A DNA stretch of 64,000 bases from NCBI GenBank assembly GCA_018394315.1, contig CP074575.1, positions 310,001-374,000 of the forward strand. The letters run 5' to 3'. The notes under the pieces are model-generated. The model did no database searches, was not told the origin of the DNA, and worked only from the letters and a program-made list of their open reading frames with translations. A program made the translations under genes and the position numbers. The stretch's first letter is position 1. Each line of letters begins with the position of its first letter. The DNA comes from Mycoplasmatota bacterium. GTDB lineage: Bacteria > Bacillota_I > Bacilli_A > MAG-NZ. This document shows, piece after piece, positions 29,015 to 39,561 of the stretch.

Positions 29015-29923
29015 TTATAAATTTACCTTTCTTCTAAATTTAACAGTACCGTAAACACCGGCAATTATTAAGACACTACCAATAATCTGATAGTAATAAA
29101 AACTTTCTCCTAGTATTATTGTACCTGCAAGTATAGATACTATGGTAGCAATATTAGCAAAAATACTAGACACATGGGCCTCTAACTTACTTAAAGAATA
29201 ATTAACTAAGAAAAATCCACAAATTGATGCTACTATACTTAAATATAAAATCGGAGCTATAATGCTTCTATTTAATAACGGTGTAAAATAATTCTCTAAA
29301 TTTCCTTCTGCAATACCCTGAAAAACTGCAAAGCCGTTAAAAACAATCATCCCTGATAACATCATAGAATATGTAAGCTCATAAGAATTAAATTCCCTAG
29401 AAGATCTTCTAGATAGTGTATTAAAAATAGCAGCACTAATAACAGCACCTAATAATAGTATGAGTCCTAAATAATTAACCTCTTCACCACTAGATTGCCT
29501 CATTAAGTTAATATAAAAAACTCCTGATACACTTATCAAAATAGTAATTAATTGTAATTTAGTTGGTTTCTCATTTAAAAATATTGCACTAAGTATGGTA
29601 ACGAAAATAGGGATTAGGGCTATCATCATACCGGCCTCACTTGATTGAGTTAAGGATAAACCATAAGTTTCCAAGATGAAATATAAAACAGGTTGGAATA
29701 AGGCAGTATAAAACAATAACATTATTCTTTTACCTTTGAAATTAATTTTAATAATCTTAAGTAATCTAAGAACTTCAAATACTATAAAAGCTATTAAAAA
29801 TCTATATGCTAATAACTGCATTGTTGTAATATGTCCTAGTATTATTTTGGAAAACATAAATGAAAATCCAAAGATTGTTGCAAACACTAAGCCTGATATA
29901 TATGGTAAATATTTATTATTCAT
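29015..29923 (-). CDS. DMT/EamA family transporter
   Basis: About 10 transmembrane segments in two EamA repeats (FLNEK, LGESF). Confidence 0.92.
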   Translation of the reverse strand: MNNKYLPYISGLVFATIFGFSFMFSKIILGHITTMQLLAYRFLIAFIVFEVLRLLKIIKINFKGKRIMLLFYTALFQPVLYFILETYGLSLTQSSEAGMMIALIPIFVTILSAIFLNEKPTKLQLITILISVSGVFYINLMRQSSGEEVNYLGLILLLGAVISAAIFNTLSRRSSREFNSYELTYSMMLSGMIVFNGFAVFQGIAEGNLENYFTPLLNRSIIAPILYLSIVASICGFFLVNYSLSKLEAHVSSIFANIATIVSILAGTIILGESFYYYQIIGSVLIIAGVYGTVKFRRKVNL

Positions 29924-30126
29924 TCCTGCACCTCTTTTGTTACTAAATAATTGTACTATATAAAAAGAAAAATTGATACATATATAATTTCATAAATTAT
30001 CTGTTATCTGAAACTTAAGAATAAATCCTCTACTTTTTGTTAGATTATCATTTAATAGAATTATATATAATAATAATCTTAATTATTGAGAAAATAATAA
30101 AGAAAAAAATGATTGAGGGTGTTTTA

Positions 30127-31026
30127 ATGAGAACGAGAAAATCAACAAAATCAAGTGTATCCATTACTCACAGTATAGATGAATGTATCGCTATAGAAAA
30201 AGGGTTAAAGAGTATCCACATAAATAAATTGATTAAAAGTAAAGACACTGTAGTTATAGTACCTAATTGGGTCAATTATAAAAAGCCTGATCCGAAAGAT
30301 GCTGTAGTTGTAGGGCAAAACAGTCTTAGAACAATAATCGAAATAGTTAAGTCGAGTAACCCAAAGAATATAATAGTTGCTACTGGTTCAGATGGAGATA
30401 AGACTTCAAAGGTAATGAAAAAAGTCGGATATAAAAGAATAATAGATGAAACCGAGGCAAAATTTATTGATCTTAACTATGGTCCTTATTTTGAAATAAG
30501 TCTAAACAACAAAAGACCATCATCTACAGAAATAAATAAGATCATAGAACTCGCAACTGTAATAATTTCATTCACACCACTTAAACATCACGAAGAATCT
30601 ACAATGTCAGGCTCTATTACAAATATCGCTTTAGGATTGCCACCAGCTGAAATTCATGGATACCCTAAGAAAAATCTTGGTATTCACGAAGACCTCCACG
30701 GATTCATAACCGCGATGGCAGAAAGAATAGCTATTGATATTTCGATAGTGAGTTGTGACCCTGTAATGATAGGAAAGGGACCAAGTAACGGTATTGCAAG
30801 ACATGCAAATCTAGTTATATGTGGAACTGATCCAGTCGCAACTGATACAGTTGCAGCAAGACTCTTAGGTTTCAAACCTCAAGCAATACAATATCTATTT
30901 AATTGCGGTAAGCTTAACATTGGTGAAACTGATTTAGAAAAAATAGATATAAAAGGTATAGGAATAAAAAAAGCAGAAGGAATTTTTAGTCAGAACGTAT
31001 ATGGTGAGGAAATAGTAATAGATTAA
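30127..31026 (+). CDS. DUF362 domain-containing protein
   Basis: VVIVPNWV, LKHH, GKGPSNG, DPVATDTVAARLLG. Start chosen after a GAGG RBS. Confidence 0.8.
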   Translation: MRTRKSTKSSVSITHSIDECIAIEKGLKSIHINKLIKSKDTVVIVPNWVNYKKPDPKDAVVVGQNSLRTIIEIVKSSNPKNIIVATGSDGDKTSKVMKKVGYKRIIDETEAKFIDLNYGPYFEISLNNKRPSSTEINKIIELATVIISFTPLKHHEESTMSGSITNIALGLPPAEIHGYPKKNLGIHEDLHGFITAMAERIAIDISIVSCDPVMIGKGPSNGIARHANLVICGTDPVATDTVAARLLGFKPQAIQYLFNCGKLNIGETDLEKIDIKGIGIKKAEGIFSQNVYGEEIVID

Positions 31027-31063
31027 AATACCTAAAAAAATTATCTAACTCTAGATAATTTTT

Positions 31064-31630
31064 TTATTCAGTGATTATTTCTTTCAATAATGGATAGCCA
31101 TTATACACTTTTATCAATGCGTAAGCGTCTCCATTTCTTATTTTTTCTTCCAACTCTCTACCCGTATTTTCTGGTACAAAGTATTTATCAAGAGCATATT
31201 CCACTCTTATGCCAACTCCATTTTCAATCCCCATATCTAAAGTATATGAATATTCACCAATTAAATAAATTCCTTCCCTTGGTCTAGTCAACGTTACTTT
31301 CTCAACCTCATAGTACTTCCCACTCTTAGTTAAAGTAACATATATTATTTCATTACGTAATTCATGACTGATAAAATAGTCTTTTTCAACATAAACTTCC
31401 AGTATATCTTGATCTAATTTATTAAGATCTATCTGATTAATTTCATAATTCAAATCAACGTAATCTCCTCTAAATACGTCTCTAGGATCATAAGCCATAG
31501 TCTTAATCAATATCGACTCACCCATTATATCAGTTATTAGTGGTTTAACACCCATTGACAGAATAATCATTAATAGTACTATAAATGATATTAAATATCT
31601 GTTTTTGCTTTTCCTTAAAAGTTTACGCAT
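31064..31630 (-). CDS. GDYXXLXY domain-containing membrane-anchored protein
   Basis: YDPRDVFRGDYVDLNY and YFVPE motifs. Confidence 0.92.
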   Translation of the reverse strand: MRKLLRKSKNRYLISFIVLLMIILSMGVKPLITDIMGESILIKTMAYDPRDVFRGDYVDLNYEINQIDLNKLDQDILEVYVEKDYFISHELRNEIIYVTLTKSGKYYEVEKVTLTRPREGIYLIGEYSYTLDMGIENGVGIRVEYALDKYFVPENTGRELEEKIRNGDAYALIKVYNGYPLLKEIITE

Positions 31631-32696
31631 CTATCTCACCCCCTGGATGTTTTCTAAATCTTTCGATGTAGTAACCAAATCCCAATAAGATTAAACCACC
31701 TATTATAAAGAATAAAGACTTAGGCATAAAATCATATAATGTGTCAAAATAATACCTTAGTATCAATATACATGTAAATATAAGTGGAGTAATTTGTCGT
31801 CTTCTCACTAAACTTAATAAATAAACAATTAAGGAAATACCCACAGTAACTGCAACAACATCTGGTCTATCTATATATGGTAACTGACTCCAAGTTCCCT
31901 CAAAAGTTAAAATAAATCCACTTATACCAATCAATAAAATACCAATGAGCTTAACTACGTCTAAGTTTAAATCATGTTTGATATAATACATCCCTAAACC
32001 AATGACTATGAAGATTAATGCTATGTAGGTAGGCTCCACATCAACAAAATCTAATAAGTAAAGTATAAAGTTTAATGAAAATACAGTTGTAAAGAACGTA
32101 ATAATTTTATTGAAGCTGAAGTATTTATTTCCTGCATAGAAAGCGGTAATTAACAATAATGAACTAATTATTACATTATCATTGAAGTTACTATTCAGAT
32201 ATATTAAAGCTAATATATGTGCGAACAGAATCAAAATAATGTTTTTAAATAATATACTAATTACGATTATACCAATTGTCCACAGCAAGAACGCTCGACT
32301 ATAATCTCCTGCATAATTAAAGATCTGTTCCATTAAGAATATACCCGCACCATATATAAGCGCACTTAAATAAAGTAAGGACTCAGATGTCTTCGGATAT
32401 TTTTTCTCTAATTTATATGATGAAAACATCGAAACCCCTAGTGCTATAATTATAGTAATTACTTTTAATAACTTTGACATATAATCCCAATTACTTGCGA
32501 TGAAACTCAAAACCCCAAGTCCTAATAATATAGATCCTATTGTAACAAGAACTTTAATGAAGTTTAGCCCTAACCCTTCTTCATAATATGTCATTATATC
32601 ATCAACTTGTTGTTTACTAATTATCCCTTTCTCTTTTTGAGAGTTAAGTTCTCTTACTAAGAACCTATAGTTAAATCTACTCAATCTCTTCTTCAT
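31623..32696 (-). CDS. DUF2157 domain-containing membrane protein
   Basis: GII...LLGLGVLSFIASNW..K and GAGIFL.EQIFN; the usual partner of GDYXXLXY proteins. Confidence 0.85.
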   Translation of the reverse strand: MKKRLSRFNYRFLVRELNSQKEKGIISKQQVDDIMTYYEEGLGLNFIKVLVTIGSILLGLGVLSFIASNWDYMSKLLKVITIIIALGVSMFSSYKLEKKYPKTSESLLYLSALIYGAGIFLMEQIFNYAGDYSRAFLLWTIGIIVISILFKNIILILFAHILALIYLNSNFNDNVIISSLLLITAFYAGNKYFSFNKIITFFTTVFSLNFILYLLDFVDVEPTYIALIFIVIGLGMYYIKHDLNLDVVKLIGILLIGISGFILTFEGTWSQLPYIDRPDVVAVTVGISLIVYLLSLVRRRQITPLIFTCILILRYYFDTLYDFMPKSLFFIIGGLILLGFGYYIERFRKHPGGEIDA

Positions 32697-33165
32697 GATC
32701 TTCACTCCTTTTTATAAGCATTTGGAACTCTTCCATTATAAATTCTTTATTGAATGAACTATACCATCTCTTTTCATTACCATCAATAATTCTATAATGT
32801 GAGCTTATTATATTTTTTTGAACCTTAAATTTTCCTCTTGAGTCAACTGTTCTCCAGAACATCCTACCACCACCAGTAATGTTTCTTGGTACCGAAACAC
32901 TTTCAAATACGATAGCTTCTACTAATTCAATAGGATCTCCTCCTAAAGTCATTTTCAAGATTTCACTTTCTCTAAAGATGCCACATATAGCTACTACCAT
33001 TGTCCACGATGATATTATTCTTTCCTTTTCTATTTGAACCAAAGTTTTTTTAGATATACCTAAAATTTCTGACATTTTTGCTTGTGAAAAGTTATATTCA
33101 CTTCTAAGTAATCGAATCTTTTTAGATACAATACTTATTAAATCATCTTTAGTTATATTATTCAT
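32677..33165 (-). CDS. XRE-family HTH transcriptional regulator
   Basis: IRLLRSEYNFSQAKMSEILGISKKTLVQIEKER; C-terminal TGGGRMFW domain. Confidence 0.88.
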   Translation of the reverse strand: MNNITKDDLISIVSKKIRLLRSEYNFSQAKMSEILGISKKTLVQIEKERIISSWTMVVAICGIFRESEILKMTLGGDPIELVEAIVFESVSVPRNITGGGRMFWRTVDSRGKFKVQKNIISSHYRIIDGNEKRWYSSFNKEFIMEEFQMLIKRSEDHEEEIE

Positions 33166-33208
33166 ATTATCTCCTCAATTTCATTATTATACTAGAATAA
33201 ACATATCG

Positions 33209-33226
33209 TAGTGTAATTTTACACTA
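33209..33226. promoter_or_regulatory. Palindromic operator candidate upstream of the XRE-DUF2157-GDYXXLXY operon
   Basis: TAGTGTAA-TT-TTACACTA, a perfect 8-bp inverted repeat near the -35 position of a TATAAT promoter. Confidence 0.55.
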
Positions 33227-33534
33227 TTATGAGAACAATTACAATAATTAAGATATATTTCCATATAACCAAGATAGTATTCCATATAAAACTAACTAAT
33301 ATAATCAGTTTACAGAACATTGGTTAATAATTAACTGCAATCATGAAAGACCTTACTTATCTACGTATAAACTGACAATTTGATTATGATATAATAAGAT
33401 ACTTGAATCAATTAGGGTTTAGTTTATCGAAAACTGAAAAACATTATTTGTGCAACCATAGATTGCTAAATATCACTTAAAGATTTCTTTATCTTTAATA
33501 AATAGTCTCATATACTTAAACTAGGAGGGGTACG

Positions 33535-34767
33535 ATGATTGAGGAGAGAAAAATAGGTATTACAATACAAGAGTTAAGAAAGAAAAATAAGATGTCCCAA
33601 GGAGATCTTGCTGATATTATGCACATATCAAGACAAGCAATATCAAGATGGGAGCGAAATGAAGCACTACCTGACATCTATAACCTTCAACAGTTGTCGA
33701 TAATTTTTAATACATCTATTGACGACATATTGAGTAATACAGTCGATAGGAGTGATGCTATATCTCAAGATGATCAAAACACAAACAGTTCATCATATCG
33801 GCTTCTATATGCAAGTAAAATAATAAATATTATTTTCGTTGGATTGTCTAGTATATTATTATTGTTACACTATATAAATTCAATAATTTGGAGTATACAC
33901 GGAATATTTGATAGAACTTATCATAAAACAACTAGCTTTGAAAATTACTTAACAGTATTATTTATTTTATTAGTGATTTTCATATTAATAGAAAAGTGGA
34001 TAATTGACAACCTTGAAAAAGCAGTCAATTTAGATGAACTAAAAGTCACTACCATGATTTTAGGTATTATGAAGTTTATACTTTTAGCACCACTAGCCTT
34101 TCTAATAGTAGATCGGGCTGCAACCGATATAGTACCCTTAGGTATATTAGTTTCAATAATCTTTTTTATAGAAGGGATAATTAATATTGTTTCTAGCATC
34201 AAAATAGGAGTAAAAGCAAAGGAAGTACAAAAGACTCTTTTTAAAAATTTATCACGAATAGAGAAAGTAATAAGTATTACATCCAAACTTCTTATATTCT
34301 TACTAATCATATATACAGCCCTACAACTTTTATTTCCTATTAGACCAATAACCTATCATATCAACGAGTCAAGTGACTTTGATATTATATTAGATGGCTT
34401 GACTGAATTACAACATTCTCCAATTCCTGTGATTGAACCATATTTTGAACTCAAATTCTCTGAAGATTTCTCTACTCTTACGATCACCAACCTTCAAGAA
34501 CCTGCATTTAGTGTTAATTATATGCCTACAAATTGGACAGTTTGTTCAACATATGAAGGAGAGTGCGCTTTCCAATTCAATGAGTTCATGGCAAAGAAAC
34601 TAGTATCAGGTAATTTTCAAATTTCTATCAAGGATAGCAGCAGTTCTAAACCGATCGATTTAATTAAGGAACCATTAACTAGCCAATATTTCAAGCGGAA
34701 ATTTTTCTTGGTTAGAGTAAAGTGCCAAAAACTAACACGGGGAGAATTCACTATATGTACTTACTAA
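33535..34767 (+). CDS. XRE-HTH domain membrane protein
   Basis: MSQGDLADIMHISRQAISRWERNEALPD HTH, then several transmembrane helices and a soluble C-terminal domain. Confidence 0.8.
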   Translation: MIEERKIGITIQELRKKNKMSQGDLADIMHISRQAISRWERNEALPDIYNLQQLSIIFNTSIDDILSNTVDRSDAISQDDQNTNSSSYRLLYASKIINIIFVGLSSILLLLHYINSIIWSIHGIFDRTYHKTTSFENYLTVLFILLVIFILIEKWIIDNLEKAVNLDELKVTTMILGIMKFILLAPLAFLIVDRAATDIVPLGILVSIIFFIEGIINIVSSIKIGVKAKEVQKTLFKNLSRIEKVISITSKLLIFLLIIYTALQLLFPIRPITYHINESSDFDIILDGLTELQHSPIPVIEPYFELKFSEDFSTLTITNLQEPAFSVNYMPTNWTVCSTYEGECAFQFNEFMAKKLVSGNFQISIKDSSSSKPIDLIKEPLTSQYFKRKFFLVRVKCQKLTRGEFTICTY

Positions 34768-34823
34768 TGAATGTACGATTTGTAAATTCCTATAAACTTT
34801 ATAAGTGTGATATTATCTAGTAT

Positions 34824-34858
34824 AGAAAAGAGAAAATCATGAGATTTTCTCTTTTTCT
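34824..34858. terminator. Bidirectional terminator at the end of the lysine operon
   Basis: AAAAGAGAAAATC-loop-GATTTTCTCTTTT. Confidence 0.75.
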
Positions 34859-34937
34859 CTTTTCTATTGAACATAGACACTATGGAGTGTCTTCCCTAAA
34901 AATTGTTATAAAATTCTAGTATTATCTGTAATTATAT

Positions 34938-35588
34938 TTAGACATTCATGGTTTTCAGGTTATCACTAATAATTAGTTTTGCTTCAGTTACTTCTTGTAC
35001 TTGTTCTACTGTAGTATCAGGAGCTATTTCTGTTAACAGGATACCCTCTGGTGTAATCTCCATAACACCTAATTCTGTAACAATCATATTTACCTGATTA
35101 ACAGCAGTAAAAGGTAACGTACATTTCTTTAATATCTTCATCTTTCCTTTAGCTGTATGTGTCATAGCGACAATTACTTTCTTTGCCCCCACAACTAAAT
35201 CCATGGCTCCGCCCATTCCAGGAACCATTTTTCCAGGAATAATCCAGTTCGAAATATTTCCCTTTTCATCAACTTGAAGTGAACCTAGTACAGTGATATC
35301 AACGTGGCCCCCTCTTATGATTCCAAATGAGGTAGCACTATCAAAACACACACCATCCGTACTCATCGTGATGGGCATACCTCCAGCGTTTGTTAAGTCG
35401 AAATCTTCTTCACCCTCTTTAGGAGCAGGCCCTAACCCCAACATTCCATTTTCAGACTGAAAAGTTATATCTTTATCATCAGTAACAAAAGAAGCAACCA
35501 TTGTTGGTAAGCCAATACCTAAGTTGACCACATTACCATCTTTTAATTCTTGTGCCACACGCTTAGCTATAAATTCTTTAATATTCAT
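34938..35588 (-). CDS. atoA: Butyrate/acetoacetate CoA-transferase subunit B
   Basis: [14 protein letters not shown] (catalytic Glu), GMGGAMDL. Confidence 0.92.
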   Translation of the reverse strand: MNIKEFIAKRVAQELKDGNVVNLGIGLPTMVASFVTDDKDITFQSENGMLGLGPAPKEGEEDFDLTNAGGMPITMSTDGVCFDSATSFGIIRGGHVDITVLGSLQVDEKGNISNWIIPGKMVPGMGGAMDLVVGAKKVIVAMTHTAKGKMKILKKCTLPFTAVNQVNMIVTELGVMEITPEGILLTEIAPDTTVEQVQEVTEAKLIISDNLKTMNV

Positions 35589-36242
35589 TTACTTATCCCC
35601 CTTCACAATATAGTCCACAAAGATATGTGGAGTAACAATATTGTCTGGATTTAAGTCGCCAATACTAACTACTTCTCTTGCTTCTACTATTACTATTTCA
35701 CATGCAGTAGCCATCATTGGATTAAAATTACGCGTAGTTTTACTATAAATAGTATTGCCTTTTTCATCAACTTTGTGCCCTAGTAGTAGTGCTATGTCAG
35801 CTTTTAGAGGTTTTTCTAAAAGAAATTTTTCTCCTTCAACTTCTATTATTTCTTTACCTTCTTGAACGATAGTTCCTAGTCCAGTAGGTGTAAGGAATCC
35901 ACCTAATCCCGCTCCACCTGAACGAATTTGCTCAACTAAAGTTCCTTGGGGAACTAGTTCTACTTCCATAGTTCCTTCACTCATTCTTTTTCCAGCTTCA
36001 GGATTTAATCCAATGTGAGACGCGATTAGTTTTTTTACCTTACCAGCGCTAATCAATTTCCCAACACCTTTATTTGGTAATCCTGCGTCGTTACATATAA
36101 TTGTTAGATCTTTAATATCACTTTTTACAATCTCTTCTATTAGGTTTTCCGGAGTACCAACAACCATAAAGCCACCAACCATAATACTCATTCCGTTTTT
36201 TAGCTTAGATATAAACTCACTCTTATCTATTATTTTTTTCAT
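35589..36242 (-). CDS. atoD: Butyrate/acetoacetate CoA-transferase subunit A
   Basis: IMVGGF, SHIGLNP, PQGTL, RNFNP. Confidence 0.92.
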   Translation of the reverse strand: MKKIIDKSEFISKLKNGMSIMVGGFMVVGTPENLIEEIVKSDIKDLTIICNDAGLPNKGVGKLISAGKVKKLIASHIGLNPEAGKRMSEGTMEVELVPQGTLVEQIRSGGAGLGGFLTPTGLGTIVQEGKEIIEVEGEKFLLEKPLKADIALLLGHKVDEKGNTIYSKTTRNFNPMMATACEIVIVEAREVVSIGDLNPDNIVTPHIFVDYIVKGDK

Positions 36243-36250
36243 AGTTCCTC

Positions 36251-37006
36251 CTAGACCAATTTTCTATTAATCATCTCTTGAACAATAAATGAAGCTACAT
36301 CATCTGCGTATTTCTTTGATCCAAATCCCGCATCATAACCTAATTCTTTAGCAAGTTCATGTGTAATTCTAGGTCCTCCAGCTACTACTATTACCTTATC
36401 TCTTATTCCTTCAGCTTCCAATAACTCAATAAGGTTGGTTAAGTTATCAACATGAATCCCTTTTTGTGTTACAACTTGAGAAACCAAAATTGCATCAGCT
36501 TTTACTTCGATAGCTTTTTTTATTAACTCTTCATTTGGAACTTGACTTCCCATATTTAATGCATCTATTCCAATATATCTTTCTAATCCGTAATGTCCCG
36601 CAAAACCTTTCATATTCATGATTGCATCTATTCCTACTGTATGAGCATCAGTTCCTGTAGCAGCTCCTATAATGACAACATTACGTTTGATATTTTTTTC
36701 AATGAATTTTTGAACTCCATACATATCCATTTTATCTGTATCTACAGCTTCAATTTTTATATCATCGTAATTTACTGAGTTTTTATAATTACCGTATACT
36801 ACATAATAAGAAAAATTCTTATCAAGTTCTTCTTGATGAGCAATTGAAGGATTCTCTAAATTCATCCCTTTGGCTACTAACAAGGCAGCCTCATAAGCTT
36901 TTTCATCAGCTGGTAAAGGCAATGTAAATGAAACTTGAACTTTACCATCATCTAATGTATCGCCATATGGCTTTACTTTTTTAAGATCAACTTTCATTCT
37001 ATTCAC
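36251..37006 (-). CDS. kamE: Lysine 5,6-aminomutase beta subunit (B12-binding)
   Basis: KPYGDTLDDG, DAHTVG (DxHxxG), MKGFAGHYGLERY. Confidence 0.95.
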   Translation of the reverse strand: MNRMKVDLKKVKPYGDTLDDGKVQVSFTLPLPADEKAYEAALLVAKGMNLENPSIAHQEELDKNFSYYVVYGNYKNSVNYDDIKIEAVDTDKMDMYGVQKFIEKNIKRNVVIIGAATGTDAHTVGIDAIMNMKGFAGHYGLERYIGIDALNMGSQVPNEELIKKAIEVKADAILVSQVVTQKGIHVDNLTNLIELLEAEGIRDKVIVVAGGPRITHELAKELGYDAGFGSKKYADDVASFIVQEMINRKLV

Positions 37007-38558
37007 TCCTCAATTCTTTAATCATCTCAGTTAAAACTGGATTGAAATAAGACTCACTTTTTTCAAATACTCCAATTAATCCTTTACCCATATTTTTACC
37101 ACGCTTAATACCTGCAAAAATACCTCTTTCAATTGTATTAAATAAACCAATTTCATCAATCTTAGATAAAAGGTCAATTGATTTATCTAACACTTCATTT
37201 GCTCTTGTTTGGATAATCCCATTCTCTTTAAACACTATTTCATCTGAGATATCTGCCATAGTATTAAATATATAGTTTGCATTCTCAATTGCTAACGCTC
37301 TATCTGATAAGAATGGTGTGTGTATTGCTTCAGTCATCATTCCCAGTAAATGAATCTTTTGATTTGTTAAAATTGTAGTTATATTAAATAAAGCATCTTG
37401 AACATGTCCTTTAAATATATTACCTGTCATGAATTTAGTTGGAGGCATATATTTCAGTGGCGCTTTAGGGAAAATTTCTCTAGCCATTTGTGCTTGTGCA
37501 ACTTCATAAAGAAATCCATTCTTAACATCAGGATTAATCTCAAAAGCATGACCAAGTCCTTGTAATTCTTCAGGTAAATAAGCCAAAAGTGCAAATTGCT
37601 CATTAATAAATTGACTAGCAAGAACCGTATGTGCTTCTTCTACGGCATCAGCTGTTGTTAAATAATTATCTTCACCAGTATTAATTATAATACCTGCATA
37701 TGAATCGATAACTCTAGAAAAATATTGATCGACAAATGTTCTCTTCATATTTATGTCTCTAAATAAAACTCCATACAAAGAATCATTAAGCATAACATCT
37801 AATCGCTCTAAAGCACCCATTGCAGCTATTTCAGGCATACATAACCCAGAAGCATAGTTAACTAATTTTATATATCTACCTACCTCTTCACCTACTTCAT
37901 CTAATGCTTTACGCATAATCTTGAAGTTTTCTTGTGTTGCGTAAGTTCCTCCAAATCCTTCTGTGGTAGCTCCGTATGGAACATAATCTAATAAACTTTG
38001 TCCTGTAGTTCTTATAACTGCAATAATATCTGCACCCTGTCTAGCTGCTGCTTGGGCTTGTAGAACATCTTCATATATATTACCTGTCGCAACAATAACG
38101 TATAACTCTGGTCCAGATTTCTTTCCGTATTTTTTATAGTAACCATCTCTTAGGTCTTTATTATTCTTAATCTTATCTAAATACATCTTAACAACAGTAT
38201 TCATTTTCTCTTTTATTAGACTAATATCACTAAACTTTAATTTGGTAATATCTAATGATTGATTGGATACATTTTTAGCTATTTCATTTGGAGTTAATCC
38301 AGTTTCAATCATCGCGTTTCCTAAGTAATAAGATACACCTAGTGAAATATCACCATTTTCAACAATATAGTCAACAAGAACATTTGGTAGCGGCACACCG
38401 AAATCATCAACGCCATCGATACCTACTAATCTGCAAATAGTCCTTTCTACTGTAAGAGTAGAATGGACATCAATATATACCTGTGTTTCCAACGCTATGT
38501 TTTTAGCTAAAGTTCTAGCTTTAGAAATTAATTTTTTATCTATATTTAGCTTACTCAC
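36999..38558 (-). CDS. kamD: Lysine 5,6-aminomutase alpha subunit
   Basis: YVIVATGNIYED, TTGQSLLDYVPYG, KYMPPTKFMTG. Probable GTG start at 38558. Confidence 0.95.
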   Translation of the reverse strand: MSKLNIDKKLISKARTLAKNIALETQVYIDVHSTLTVERTICRLVGIDGVDDFGVPLPNVLVDYIVENGDISLGVSYYLGNAMIETGLTPNEIAKNVSNQSLDITKLKFSDISLIKEKMNTVVKMYLDKIKNNKDLRDGYYKKYGKKSGPELYVIVATGNIYEDVLQAQAAARQGADIIAVIRTTGQSLLDYVPYGATTEGFGGTYATQENFKIMRKALDEVGEEVGRYIKLVNYASGLCMPEIAAMGALERLDVMLNDSLYGVLFRDINMKRTFVDQYFSRVIDSYAGIIINTGEDNYLTTADAVEEAHTVLASQFINEQFALLAYLPEELQGLGHAFEINPDVKNGFLYEVAQAQMAREIFPKAPLKYMPPTKFMTGNIFKGHVQDALFNITTILTNQKIHLLGMMTEAIHTPFLSDRALAIENANYIFNTMADISDEIVFKENGIIQTRANEVLDKSIDLLSKIDEIGLFNTIERGIFAGIKRGKNMGKGLIGVFEKSESYFNPVLTEMIKELRSE

Positions 38559-39561
38559 AATTTTCACCCCTAACTTTTAATACATTATATATAGGTAAAT
38601 CTATTTTCTTTTCTAACATTTCCCTAAATAAATAATCATCATATTCATATCCAAGTGGTGAATATGGATTATATGTTAAACAAACTAAGTTTATATTATT
38701 TATCACCAAAATGTTCACACCTATTTTCTGTAAATTTATATATGAATCGTGATCCAAAAATGCTTTTGTACCATCCTTAATAATAATAGTAAGCTCATCT
38801 AACTTTTGTCGTTTTCTAATCAACTGATTAACCAATTCAATAGTTAAGGCTCCATTAATAATTAAGTATTTACTTGTTTTATCAAGTCTTGATACAATTT
38901 CTTCTTTTGAACCTAAAACTGATTCTAAATCAAATGTAAACACTTCGTCAAATTTATCTATTATTGAAACAGCATGATTGCTTATTAAATCCTTGACTCT
39001 CTTAGAGTTGATTGTTGGTAAAGTCAATAACTTATAGATCGTATATGTATCATCAACAGTCTTTTTAATATCCTTATCATATGAAGCACCAGTTACCAAA
39101 ATAGTAGCTTCCATCAAGTGATTACTTGCTATTTGCTTTCTAGAAAAAGCTCCATCAACTATAAAAATATCTACTTCATCTTCAATCAATGACAAAACAT
39201 CTTTAACCTGTTGGTTAAAAGATGGTCCTGCTAAATCAGTGAACCCATCACTTATTACTTCTGCAATATGAACTAATCCCATTGGTGTATTCATATTAGT
39301 CTTATAAAGTACTTTTAATGAAGATGTTGAATTCTTTATTGCTTCTGAAGTAGTAGCAACAATCGTACCCTTTTTTAAATAAACTCTTGGTTTACTTACG
39401 AAATAAACACTATCTTCCTTTTCTCCATCTCTACCAATTGAAGTTAAGCCAATTTTCTTATCAGATAATTCCTTTAATATATGATTTAACACAGTAGTCT
39501 TACCAACATTTTTTTGCATGCCGATAATAGATAAAGTCTTTACATTTAACAAATGTCTCAT
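38551..39561 (-). CDS. kamB: KamB-like lysine 5,6-aminomutase reactivase-associated subunit (P-loop protein)
   Basis: SIIGMQKNVGKTT, TSIGRDGE, TPMG, AGPS and VDGA motifs; sits between kamA and kamD. Confidence 0.78.
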   Translation of the reverse strand: MRHLLNVKTLSIIGMQKNVGKTTVLNHILKELSDKKIGLTSIGRDGEKEDSVYFVSKPRVYLKKGTIVATTSEAIKNSTSSLKVLYKTNMNTPMGLVHIAEVISDGFTDLAGPSFNQQVKDVLSLIEDEVDIFIVDGAFSRKQIASNHLMEATILVTGASYDKDIKKTVDDTYTIYKLLTLPTINSKRVKDLISNHAVSIIDKFDEVFTFDLESVLGSKEEIVSRLDKTSKYLIINGALTIELVNQLIRKRQKLDELTIIIKDGTKAFLDHDSYINLQKIGVNILVINNINLVCLTYNPYSPLGYEYDDYLFREMLEKKIDLPIYNVLKVRGENCE

